A DNA stretch of 63,837 bases, counting the filler, from Octopus bimaculoides (lineage: Eukaryota), in NCBI RefSeq assembly GCF_001194135.2. It is 5 parts of 5 records of this genome, joined end to end, with 100 filler letters (N's around TTAATTAATTAA, not from the genome) between each part and the next. Parts side by side here need not be neighbours in the genome. Positions count along the whole stretch, not along the records: positions 41,320 to 55,425 come from NC_069004.1; positions 55,526 to 60,882 come from NC_069006.1; positions 60,983 to 63,837 come from NC_068981.1; 2 more parts are not named here. One strand, written 5' to 3'. Position 1 is the stretch's first letter. The number at the start of each line of letters is the position of its first letter. Shown here in pieces: positions 52,657 through 63,837 of this stretch. Position numbers and translations under genes: made by a program. Under the pieces are notes generated by a model. It ran no database searches, was not told the origin of the DNA, and worked only from the letters and a program-made list of their open reading frames with translations.

Positions 52657-53507
52657 TACACACACAAATATGATGGGCTTCTTTTAATTTCCACTTACCA
52701 AATCCACTCACAAGGCTTTAGTTGGCCCAGGGCTACAGTTGTTAAAAGGTGCAACACAGCAGGATTGAACCGGAAACTATGTGGTTGGGAAGCAAACTCA
52801 TCAACCACACAGCCATACCAGTGTGTGTGTGTGTGTGTGCGTTGTATATAACATGCACACATTTATATATTGGCAAGAGATGGCAGAATCACCTCAAACA
52901 AAAATACCAAGTGGTATTTGGTCCTGTCTCTTTATGCCCAGGTCAACTTTGACAAAGAAAGTACTAGGCTTTACTGTGTAACATGATTTTTGTCCTTGGG
53001 TAGCAACTGTTATTTCCTATTTGTTTACACCTAGAAAGTATGAAAAATGGCTAACAGTTCCTTCAAACTTTTGTTACATTTATTCAAACCCCAAAGAATT
53101 CCTCTCAATACATGGCTATGATGCTCCCCACAGTGCTCTTGCAAATGATCAGAGATGCAAAGTGTCATCCACTAAAGGACATGCTCAAGTGGTTATGGTC
53201 AAGCAACTGTTAAGCAAATCTGTGGTACTGTGCACAATATTTGCTATAATGATATTTCTGCTACAGCAACTCAGTGCTGAATCTGTCTGAAATGTAATGT
53301 AAAATAGGTCAGTTTCAAAACATTGATGGCCAGGCCACAAAAGCAAAGTTTGAAGAGAAGAGTAGTCAATTCCTTTGATTTTTAGATAGAAGCAAAACGG
53401 TAATAACAATTGCTGACCAAAGACAAAAACAAAATGTTTAATGACTATGCCCTAGTATAGCTACACTCTGACTAAAACCAGGTAAAAAAATAAAAGAATA
53501 CACGTAC

Positions 53508-53590
53508 CATTATATGATAATCTTCGTGTCCTTCTAAAGCTTCTGTGACAACAGCTTTAATGGTATTCATGGGAATTTTATCAGTTCTTT
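53508..53590 (-). CDS. UBFD1: UBFD1 internal coding exon
   Basis: Acceptor ttttttttcag|AA and donor ATAATG|gtacgt; 83 nt, phase 1 to 0, compatible with both neighbours. Translates (E)RTDKIPMNTIKAVVTEALEGHEDYHIM, compared with recalled vertebrate ERTEKLPMGSIKNVVSEPIEGHEDYHMM. Confidence 0.95.
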
Positions 53591-54521
53591 CTGAAAAAAA
53601 AAAGTCACTACACAGAGTTAGATAATTTGGAATCATTCTGCACTACATTTGAACTTATCCATAATTATTCGATTAAAACAGATTATGAAATTACTCCAAA
53701 GTGGTTATTAAAAGTCCACAGATTTGAATAGTGCATTTATAATGCAAGAAATTCAATACACAAACATCAGAATCAAAATTGGATGCTAACATTATACTAG
53801 AATGTAAATAAACAGACAACAGGATAAAAATATATATCACTAATTTTTAGGTACAAAATGTTGGGTTACATTATATTTGAGACAATACAGTACTCAAGTA
53901 AATACAGTAGGTTTGTATGCTATGTATATGGGGGAATGAGTTGTAATGTTTGGAGCAAAGTAACAAATGGTGCTACTGTTCACCATGACATGAAAATAAA
54001 TACACAAACAGGTTTAGTAAACTTATTTTGCCAGTTCTATACTAAACATTTTAAATTTCTCCCTCTGAATGACGGTTTTGTTCAAAATATTACACACTAG
54101 CTACTATATACATGTACCATTAATGCACATATCTATTATACAAGTGTACATTTTTGCATATGTATGCACAAAGTATCATCACAAATATGTATATCCTAAC
54201 ATACAAACTACACACATACACAAACATATCCAAAACATTTACATATTCAAGCACATAATACACAGTTCTAACAAACTGTACATGCCAACAAGGAAGAAGC
54301 TAAAAAGTGGCTTAACTAGAAATAGCAGCCAAATATCCATGAAAATCACACCCTTAAAAAATTAAAACGAAATAAAAAAGAATACTGTGGCTGAAATATT
54401 TTCAGATAGATTTGTCATGAACAAAATATTACTGATCATGTCTGTTAGATCAGAAGCAACTGGAGACTAACCAATGACTACTACCAATCCATTGCTGTAC
54501 CTAGTTTAAAAAAATACATAC

Positions 54522-54696
54522 CTTTTGTACCTATCCATAATTGATCAAGTTCTAATTTAAAGGTAAGCCGTACTTTCCCGCCAGACTTATTGTACATTCC
54601 GGAAATTGGTTGAGAAGGCAGTGGATATTTCTTGCCCTGAAAGCCTGGCAGCACATCCTCAGGCTTATTATATTTCTCCAACACCTTTTTATGTAC
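54522..54696 (-). CDS. UBFD1: Ubiquitin domain-containing protein UBFD1, internal coding exon (first visible exon)
   Basis: Acceptor tttctgtgacag|GTA and donor AAAAG|gtatgt; 175 nt, phase 0 to 1. Translates VHKKVLEKYNKPEDVLPGFQGKKYPLPSQPISGMYNKSGGKVRLTFKLELDQLWIGTK, matching my recollection of the vertebrate UBFD1 segment SGMYNKSGGKVRLTFKLEQDQLWIGTK. Confidence 0.95.
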
Positions 54697-55725
54697 CTGT
54701 CACAGAAACGAGATAAATCAATAAGACTAATGTTCAGAAATTATGCAAAAGAATATTCAGTGTTGCCCTTCCTTTCTCACTCCCACTTACATTTTGTCTG
54801 TTGTGTGTGTATGTATGTAGGTGTGCGCGCGCGTGTGTGTGTGTGTGTGCATATATATATATATATATATATACACACATCCAAGAATGTCAGGGGTTGT
54901 GAATCCAACCCACTAAGGGATAATATCTATCCAATACACTGCCGGAAGAATACCCAATTATAATTACACTAGTGTTTTTCCTTCAAGTGCAATAAATGGG
55001 TGCGGGTAAAAGGATATTTTACCCTTAATTTATATAGCAATAAGAAAATGGAAGGGAATAGGTGGTATTCATCAACTTGAAGACATTGTATTATGTCAAT
55101 TTATCTGTTTATTTGTTAACTAAGAGGACAATAATAACAATATACAAACACATGCGACACACACACATATATATCATCATCATCATCATCATCGTTTAAC
55201 GTCCGCTTTCCATGCTAGCATGGGTTGGACGATTTGACTGAGGACTGGTGAAACCGGATGGCAACACCAGGCTCCAGTCTGATTTGGCAGAGTTTCTACA
55301 GCTGGATGCCCTTCCTAACGCCAACCACTCAGAGAGTGTAGTGGGTGCTTTTACGTGTCACCCGCACGAAAACGGCCACGCTCGAAATGGTGTCTTTTAT
55401 GTGCCACCCGCACAAGCCAGTCCAGNNNNNNNNNNNNNNNNNNNNNNNNNNNNNNNNNNNNNNNNNNNNTTAATTAATTAANNNNNNNNNNNNNNNNNNN
55501 NNNNNNNNNNNNNNNNNNNNNNNNNATATATATATATACACATATATATATGTATGTATATGCATACATATATATGTATGTATATGCATGTATTGATATG
55601 CATGTGTATGCACATATACATCTATGCATATATACATCCATGCAGACAGATGTACACACGCATACACACACATGAAGACGTATTTGATTCCGTGTGTGTA
55701 TGGCTTTATGTTTTCGCTAATGAGC

Positions 55726-55757
<32 letters not shown>

Positions 55758-55891
55758 ATGGTGTGTGCATGCGTGTATAAATATGTAGCTTATATATTAT
55801 ATATATATATATATATGTGTGTATATACGAGCGTGTGTCTGAGCGTGTATGCGTAATGTGTATGTGTGAGTGCGCATAAATATATATAAAT

Positions 55892-55975
<84 letters not shown>

Positions 55976-56805
55976 TGTACATATTTATGCATGCTTGTAT
56001 GTATGTATGTATGTATGTATGTATGTATGTATGTATGCATGTACGTATGTATACGTTCGCGTGCTGTGCGTATTTTTTTCTGTACATGCATGAGTATGTG
56101 TCTGGTCAGCAGAGATGCTATGGCTAATATTTTGTAGGACAAAAATTGATGACTCACGCATTTGCTATTCAGAGTCCGTTGTCAGTGCTTTCATTCGGAA
56201 GTGATCAAGAAAATTGAAATATGTTCATGAGACACCAGTTGAATGGGAGTTGCATTGTTGAGGAGCGGTCAGGCTGTCGGACCGTTGCGAGATATGTTGG
56301 TACTCTTACCTAACACCAAATATAGTCACCAAACTGATCGCTCATGTTTTACCCTTAGCTCGTTTCAGTCGTTAGACTGCGGCCATGCTGGAGCACCTCT
56401 TTAAAGAATTTCTAATCAAAGGAATCGACCTTAGTATTTATTTTAATCTTCTTCTTCTTCTTCTTCTTCTTCTTCTTCTTCTTCTTCTTCTTCTTCTTCT
56501 TCCTTCCATATCTCAAACACTTATGTAATCCCAGATGGTGTTCTTCAAAGAAATTGTGTGTGAGTATGTATAACATGTATGTATGTATGTATGTATGTAT
56601 GTATGTATATAGCCACGGATATTGAGCCCCCGTAAATTATGATACAGCTCTTGGTGGCAACAGAACACAGGTAACCTGTGGAAAGGACTGCCGTCTAGTT
56701 GGAGGATTAAAATGGCATGGCGCAAAACTTCATACTACGGCACCGGTTCGTTCTGCCAGCCAGCACAACTGGACATTATGCAATAAAATATGTAAATCTT
56801 TGGCG

Positions 56806-56855
56806 TGACTCAAGAGTCATATAACGGCCTCACATTGAGTCATTTCAATGACTCA
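56806..56855. promoter_or_regulatory. Cluster of three perfect AP-1 (TGA[C/G]TCA) heptamers
   Basis: TGACTCA 56806-56812, TGAGTCA 56836-56842, TGACTCA 56849-56855. Confidence 0.4.
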
Positions 56856-57339
56856 TTTCAATGATTCGTTCTAGCCATGACTTTTATCGTGTATAAGAAA
56901 ACAGGCACTATGCATGCATGCATGTATATATACCGTTTCGTTTCCGTATATAAATGCTATATATTTTTAGTATTTCCCTTATCTTAGATCTGTTCTACTC
57001 TCAATGTGTAAATTATTTTCGTTTCATCACATCATCCTATTTATCTATATATCTATAAATATTGTGTGCGCGCGCGCGTGTGTGTGCGTGTATGTTTATA
57101 AAGAGAGAAATAGAGACGGAGAGAAAAAGAAAGTAAAAAAGAGATAGACGAAGCAAGAGAGTGATAGATAGATAGATAGAGATAGATAGATAGATAGAGA
57201 GAGAGAGAGGGAGAGTACACAGACTCATTACGTTTGTTTCTTTACAGAAGCTTAATATATTTCGCCTGTCCCTTTCATTAGTTCACATGACAATTCAATT
57301 AACTTGTCAATAGCAAAAACAAAACGAAAAAATACACAA

Positions 57340-57376
57340 TACTACTAATAATAATAATGACAATAATAATGATAAA

Positions 57377-57444
<68 letters not shown>

Positions 57445-57642
57445 CAGTAATAACAACAGAGAAAAGAACGAAATTCTTTCATCTCCATCTGTTTTATCCT
57501 AGATTCACACTGTTATCTTGTCTTCATAACTTTTCGTTGTTTTACGTCTTGCTATTTTCTTTTTTTACCTTTTTGTTGTGCTTGTGCTGCTTATTATTAT
57601 TATTATTATTATTTTTTTTTTCTATTTTGTATTTGTTGCCTT

Positions 57643-57679
<37 letters not shown>

Positions 57680-57930
57680 NNNNNNNNNNNNNNNNNNNNN
57701 NNNNNNNNNNNNNNNNNNNNNNNNNNNNNNNNNNNNNNNNNNNNNNNNNNNNNNNNNNNNNNNNNNNNNNNNNNNNNNNNNNNNNNNNNNNNCTTCTTCT
57801 TCTTCTTCTTCTTCTTCTTCTTCTTCTTCTTCTTCTTCTTCTTCTTCTTCTTCTTCTTCTTCTTCTTCTTCTTCGTCGTCGTATTCTTTTTCTTCCTATT
57901 TGATTCATTTCCCCCCTTTCCTTTTATTAC

Positions 57931-58010
<80 letters not shown>

Positions 58011-58020
58011 ATTATAATCA
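57340..58020. repeat. Compound microsatellite block (TAA)n, poly-T, (TCT)n, (TTA)n around a gap
   Basis: Direct reading. Explains the poly-I/F/S/L/R ORFs in the track. Confidence 0.95.
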
Positions 58021-58389
58021 TAATTATTCACGGCTGATATAGATTTCAGAATAAATAACGCAGCTGAAAAAAATAAAATGCTACGCGCCAGTTATTCCGG
58101 CTATTTATGTATTGTGTTCAAATATCGCCTTGGTCAACTTTGCTTTTATTCGTCCGGCGCAAAATCAGGTCTGAGAGAGTCCTGAAGCAGACCTGAACAA
58201 AATAGGACATGTCATTGAAGAGTTCTCTCTTAGAGATAAAAGGAGTTTGACAAACTTGACAGATTGATTGACTGACTGATTGACTGACTGACTGATTGAT
58301 TGATTGGCTGATAAAGTAATCGAATGATTAATCACACAATCGATTAATGAGATATTTAAATAGTTAACCAGTAAACAGGGTTATAATGA

Positions 58390-59078
58390 AGTGAAAATAA
58401 AGGGGTTCTTTAAAATTTTAGCAGGAGAACCTGCCTACGCAAAGTTGCAGAAAGTGTTTGGAGAGGAGTGTATAAGCCGCACACAAGTGTACGAGTGGTT
58501 CAAAAGTTCCCTTGTTGACCGAATATATGGCGATATTGACCAACGTTCTGGGAGACCCACAACCAGCAGAATTGGGAAAAAGATCGCAGATGTGCTTGCA
58601 GTTGTGAGGGGAAATTGTCAAATCACAATCTGTGAGTTATCAGGGGATCTGCAGATTAGTTAGGTTTCACTTCAGTCCATTATCACTGAAGATTTGGGTA
58701 TGAGACGCATGTCTGCTAAGTTTGTGCCAAAACTGTTTTCAGCTGAGCAAAAAGACACTCGAATTTCAGTTGTACAAGATCTCCTTGATTGTGTCGAGAA
58801 CAATGAAAACTTTTTGAAAACTTTGCGTAGGCCTCTGAGTCGGTATCACCAATGAAGATTCCCTGCTCAACTTTCTCTGTCATGGTCAATGCGACAATCA
58901 CACGCTACACACCTTCCTTCCAAGCACTGCTGTCAAAAATGGAAGTGGAATAGAACGTTAAAACTTGATGCATATGCATAGCAGAGTTCAAGGTTAATCT
59001 CTGCGAAGCGGCTTCACTCTGCATGCTTTAGCTTCGTTACTATGGCTATATTGCGGTTATTTTATTGATTAGACCACG
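58390..59078 (+). mobile_element. Second copy of the fold-back mariner derivative, opposite orientation
   Basis: AYAKLQKVFGEECISRTQVYEWFK, DIDQRSGRPTTSR, ITEDLGMRRMSAKFVPKL, then an inverted 5' end finishing in TIR-like ttattgattagaccacgt. Confidence 0.85.
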
Positions 59079-59323
59079 TTTATATATATATATATATATA
59101 TATNNNNNNNNNNNNNNNNNNNNNNNNNNNNNNNNNNNNNNNNNNNNNNNNNNNNNNNNNNNNNNNNNNNNNNNNNNNNNNNNNNNNNNNNNNNNNNNNN
59201 NNNNNNNNNNNNNNNNNNNNNNNNNNNNNNNNNNNNNNNNNNNNNNNNNNNNNNNNNNNNNNNNNNNNNNNNNNNNNNNNNNNNNNNNNNNNNNNNNNNN
59301 NNNNNNNNNNNNNNNNNNNNNNN

Positions 59324-59379
<56 letters not shown>

Positions 59380-59640
59380 AATTACTTTCACAGATGCTCT
59401 GAATTTTTTTTTGACTCTCTTTATGCTCTCCTCCTCCTCCTCTGCCTGTTCCTACCCCCTCCATCTTTCCTTCATCCTCTTCTTCCCAAACACCTTTAAC
59501 GTTTCCTATATGCGTCGACATTTTCTTTTCCGTCTTTCTACGAAATCACACAATTAAATTGTCAATCGATAATCTATCTTTCACCAAAAAGGTAATATAT
59601 CTGTTATATCCAGCCTATCCTTTTTCATTCTTCCAATCAG

Positions 59641-59679
59641 TCGTGGATGTGATCTATCATAGCAAAAGCTCATTTCCAG
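59641..59679 (+). CDS. Candidate 39-nt micro-exon
   Basis: Strong pyrimidine tract cctatcctttttcattcttccaatcag and donor CCAG|gtacct. Open only in phase 1 (VVDVIYHSKSSFP). Confidence 0.25.
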
Positions 59680-60736
59680 GTACCTGGTCGTAATAAACAC
59701 CACGTGTTCAGCAAACTACCTAGACTCATTGATATAAAATGGCTGCACCGGTGACAACATCAAAAGCCAAGCAGTAGTAGAAATATCAAGACTGAGCAGA
59801 ATAATAATGATTTTAAACTTTGGCTTAATACCAATAATTTCTGGAGAGGGGATATGTCGATTATATCGAACCCAGTGTTCTGTTGGTACTTATTTTATCG
59901 ACCGAGGGGCAAATTAACCTCGGCGGTATTTCAACTCAAATGGTAAATATGGGTGAAATACTATGGAGTAAGTTGCCCGAAATGCTCGTAGTAAGTAGCT
60001 AGCTTACAAACCACATGGTTCCGGGTTCAGTCCCACGGCGTGGCACCATGGGCGAGTGATTTCTTCTATAGACTTGGGCTGACCAAAGCCTTGTGAGTAA
60101 ATTGCCAAATTCGTTTTATAAGCGATAAAAGCTGTTGGATATAACTCCAGAACAGAAAAGCTTGGACACTACAAGTGCGTGCTGCGCGCATCTCGAACAG
60201 TGCAACATATCCATACCTTACAGCATATCCATGTCTGTAGAGTTTATCTGGAACCGGCAGTGCCAATCGGTAGTACAGAGGATTTCTGGAAGTTATCCAT
60301 TATAGTCTCCAGCTCAAAAATCATCCGAAACAGACTAATTCGTACTCATTGATATCAGACATTTCCATGAGATCATCCTCGCTACAAGATCCACCGACCA
60401 CATTGCCCGATTGGTAGAGGGCGGTGAGTGATTGAGGAAGATCTGTATCAGGAATAACACTAATCAAGATAATGGTTTCAAATTTTGGCTCAAGGTTAGC
60501 AGGTCCGGGGACGGGTTAAGTGTGTTGCAGTGACACCAGTTTTCAATTGGTATTTATTTCATCGATCCCAAAAGGATGAAAGGTAAAGTCGACCTCGGCG
60601 GAATTTGAACTCTGAACGATAGATAAGACGGACGAAATGCTGCTAAGCTCTTTGCCCGACATAAGGGAGACGAATCAGCAGCAGCAGTAGTAGTAGTAGT
60701 AGTAGTAGTAATAGAAGCGGCAGCAGCAGCAGCGGC

Positions 60737-60780
<44 letters not shown>

Positions 60781-60982
60781 AAGAAGAAGAAGCAGAAGAA
60801 AATGATGATAGTGATGATGATGATGAGGAGGAGGAGGAAGACGGAGGGGGATGAGAAGAAGTATAGTGAGGAGGGGAAGGGANNNNNNNNNNNNNNNNNN
60901 NNNNNNNNNNNNNNNNNNNNNNNNNNTTAATTAATTAANNNNNNNNNNNNNNNNNNNNNNNNNNNNNNNNNNNNNNNNNNNN

Positions 60983-61085
60983 CTTCATACTCTTAATTGC
61001 TTTATCTACCCTGGTACTATCAACTCGGATAGCTGGTCCCTCTATTGGGTCGACATACGGCAGGCTCTCTTTCTCCCATTCTTTC
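60983..61085 (-). mobile_element. LINE fragment just upstream of the RT domain
   Basis: LPYVDPIEGPAIRVDSTRVDKAIKSMK resembles the I..EV..AIKxMK(xGKAxG) segment before non-LTR RT; truncated by a gap. Confidence 0.6.
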
Positions 61086-61399
61086 TCTTTATTAAGCAAC
61101 ACATACATAAATGTACACATACATAAATATACATATTAATCTCTTTATTGCCCACAGGAAACTAAGCATAGAAGGAACAAACAAGGACAGACAAAGGGAT
61201 TAAGTCGATTACATCAACTCCAGTGTGTAACTGGTACTTATTTAATCGACCCCGAAAGGATGAAAGGCAAAGTTGACCTCAGCAGAATTTGAACACAGAA
61301 CGTAAAGGCAGACGAAATACCGTTAAACATTTCACCTGGTGTGCTAATGTTTCTACCAGCTTGAAATAGATATGTGTGTGTGTGTGTATGAATGTATAT

Positions 61400-61637
61400 A
61401 TGTGAGATAATAGTTTCACTTTCATAGTGAAACTGTTAAACTGAAAGTATCTCGCATTATAATAGAGATGTTATGGTTTCCCTTTTGATACGTAATACTG
61501 AAATAGTGTCAGAGATAAGAGATTGCTCCAGGCTCACATTAGGCAAGAAGTTGAAATTCTTTTGGCCTAAATGTGAATGAAATCGGTTGTGTAATTCTCA
61601 AGTTTTAATGGTGGACAGACAGACAGACACATTCTCA

Positions 61638-61677
<40 letters not shown>
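61400..61677 (-). mobile_element. 5' end of a second Helitron-type element directly downstream of the first
   Basis: The minus strand begins TC(TA)nAAAACTGAGAATGTGTCTGTCTGTCTGTCC, similar in style to the 5' end at 63116, 12 nt after the CTAG of the first element. The inner boundary is approximate. Confidence 0.55.
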
Positions 61678-61681
<4 letters not shown>

Positions 61682-61689
61682 TATATATA

Positions 61690-63116
61690 CTAGCAAGTGT
61701 ACCTGACGTTGCCCGAGCTGTTTGTTAAGTATGCCTGATCAGCGTAGTCTCCCATGTAGTACAGCTGAAGAAACTGAGGTAAGGTAGCGTCATGCGGCTG
61801 CAGGGAATCAATTCTATGGTAAATCTGTCCCTGCACGTTAAAGGAAGGCATGAAATACCCATCTCATATGACGTTGGTGCTGAAGGCAGTAATTTGGAAT
61901 GCGCAGTTGTAGGGACATATCCGCTTCAGAAAGTCATAAGAATAAGGAGACGCTTCTGTCAAAAGATCAGTCAAAAGGGGTGGAGGATCTTGTAGAAGAG
62001 GTACTGTAATCTTACCATTGGAGCAGCACATGCTGGGAGTTTCTCTAGGCCACTTTTTAGCTCCACAAAATTAGCAGATTGTGAATATGCAGCCTATTTG
62101 AACGTCAGGGTGATTACTGTAGTCAATTGTAGGATTGTAGTTGAATGCTGTCATTGACAAATGTGAGGAGCATGGCCTTGAGTAGGAATGTTGTACAGCC
62201 CTTCATTGAGTTGTGGCCTCCAGTCATTGTCTTTCCCCTGTAGTCTGTGTAGTATGTGCAACAGCAGTTGTTGCAGTCTCTGCAGCCCATGCAGCAGCAG
62301 TTGATGAAGTATCTCTTGTAAGTTGATCTGTGCATTGTGCTGCAGTCTCTGAAGCTCATGCAGCAGCAGTAGAGGAAACATTTCTTGTTCGGCATGCTGA
62401 ATGTTGCTCAGCAATATATGCTAACCAATCACAATGCTGCTCTTCACTTTCCCTTCTTCTTGCTGAAGCCATCCTAAGTGCATTGAAAGAGGTCTTCCTG
62501 GCGGCGTCCTCAGCAGATTCATTTGCATGCATACATTTACTTTTCTTTGCAGCATTTGTTTGCCAACCTATATTGGATCTTTTGCGTCGAGGCATGGTGG
62601 AAAATTATCAGTTTACTTAATAGAAAATGTTCTAAGGAAGAAGTGGTGAATGTGTAGCACCCAAAAAATAGTAAAATGTGGTTGGCAAAAATGTTGATCA
62701 AACAGACCGAATTAAGGATTTTTAATTTTGGGTAAGAGTTTTGAAGTGGCTAGTTTAAGTTGGAATAATTATATGAAAAAGAGCGCTCACGTGAAAACAG
62801 AGGTAAATCGTAACTCGCAAATGAATACTGCTAGACACAGCAGTAATTATCACCACAGCTGAAAAAATAAAGTATTGATTTTTTTCTAGCTGGGTGTGTG
62901 TCACATTTTTACACTGGCTCAAGCCAAATCCTAGGCAAATTGAGAGTAGTCTATTTATGTTGGGGGTACAGAATTTCAAGGAAAAAAAATATAAGAAAAA
63001 GCGTCCTAAGTCAAAGGGGGCACACATGTCAAATTTGGTGAAATTCGGTTGAAAATTGTAGGAGTAGAAGTGGTTCACTCAACACACAGACAGACAGCTT
63101 GCTTTTTAATATATGA
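61690..63116 (-). mobile_element. Internally deleted Helitron with canonical termini and RepHel N-terminal remnant
   Basis: 5' A|TC at 63116 and 3' CTAG|T at 61690, preceded by a degenerate hairpin (cgggcaacgtcagg). One frame runs from ATG 62595 to about 61790 with five stops: AFNYNPTIDYSNHPDVQIG...C*FCGAKKWPRETPSMCCSNGK...YNCAFQITAF...FMPSFNVQGQIYHRIDSL, typical of Helitron RepHel N-termini. Confidence 0.9.
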
Positions 63117-63837
63117 TAATATTAATAATAATATTAATAAAACAAATGTTGTAGTAATATTAGCAGCAGCAGTAGTAGTAGTAGTAGTAAATTATTGTTT
63201 AGAATTTATTCATGTAGGTAGATCTTTGTGAGAAAGTGTGTGTATTTAGGTCTTTAAAAGGTAGGTACAGGATGTGTTAGTATTAGCTGTCTTTGATTTT
63301 ATTGGATTTAATCCTTTGTTTTGACAATGTAAAGGACAAATTTAACAAAGCCAAGTATCTATATAATAATGGTTTCAAATTTTGGCACAAGTCCAGCAAG
63401 TTAAGAAGTGGAGATAAATCAACCTCAGTGTTCAACTTGTACTTATTTTATGGATCCCGAAAGTTTGAAAGGCAAAGTTGACCTCAGTGGAATTTAAACT
63501 CCGAATGAAAAGGTGCAAAGCATCTTGCCTGAAATACCCTAAATAACTACAACAACAAGTAAAGTTGTTGTTGTTGTTGGCACTCCGTTGCTTACGACGT
63601 CGAGGGTTCCTGCTGATCTGATCAATGGAACAGCCTGCTCGTGAAATTAACGTGCAAGTGGCTGAGCACTCCACAGACATGTGTACCCTTAACGTCGTTC
63701 TCGGGGATATTCAGCGTGACACAGTGTGACAAGGCTGACCCTTTGAATTACAGGTACAACAAAAACAGGAAGAAAGAGCGAGAGAAAGTTGTGGTGAAAG
63801 AGTACAGCAGGGTTCGCCACCATCCCCTGCCAGAGCC

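Noticed and set aside
62123-62620. Cys-, Gln- and Ala-rich ORFs in alternative frames
   Set aside because: They are off-frame or antisense readings of the repetitive Helitron RepHel N-terminus.

Overview
This is AT-rich, microsatellite-dense animal DNA from a gapped draft assembly. The SINE families and TTAATTAATTAA gap spacers suggest an octopus; this is inference, not a database result. Almost all ORFs in the supplied track are microsatellite, gap or repeat artefacts. One gene is identified with confidence: UBFD1 on the minus strand, with three 3' coding exons at 54696-54522, 53590-53508 and 47065-46955. Its 5' ubiquitin-like exons are not visible in the window. The rest is mostly transposable elements: at least four SINE families in many copies, RTE-like and other LINE fragments, two fold-back mariner derivatives sharing one junction, a Tc1/Tc3-like element with long TIRs inside a UBFD1 intron, and an internally deleted Helitron with intact termini. 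There are also Penelope-type ends with hammerhead-ribozyme motifs and a 214-bp fold-back hairpin. SINE copies keep their CpGs at about 1-31 kb and mostly beyond 55 kb but have lost them at about 32-54 kb, which looks like a historical methylation footprint. Several short exon-like segments at 6-28 kb and 59-60 kb hint at unannotated genes that I cannot identify. I found no CRISPR array, no rRNA or true tRNA gene, and nothing I can claim as a new biological system. The findings are leads, not discoveries.
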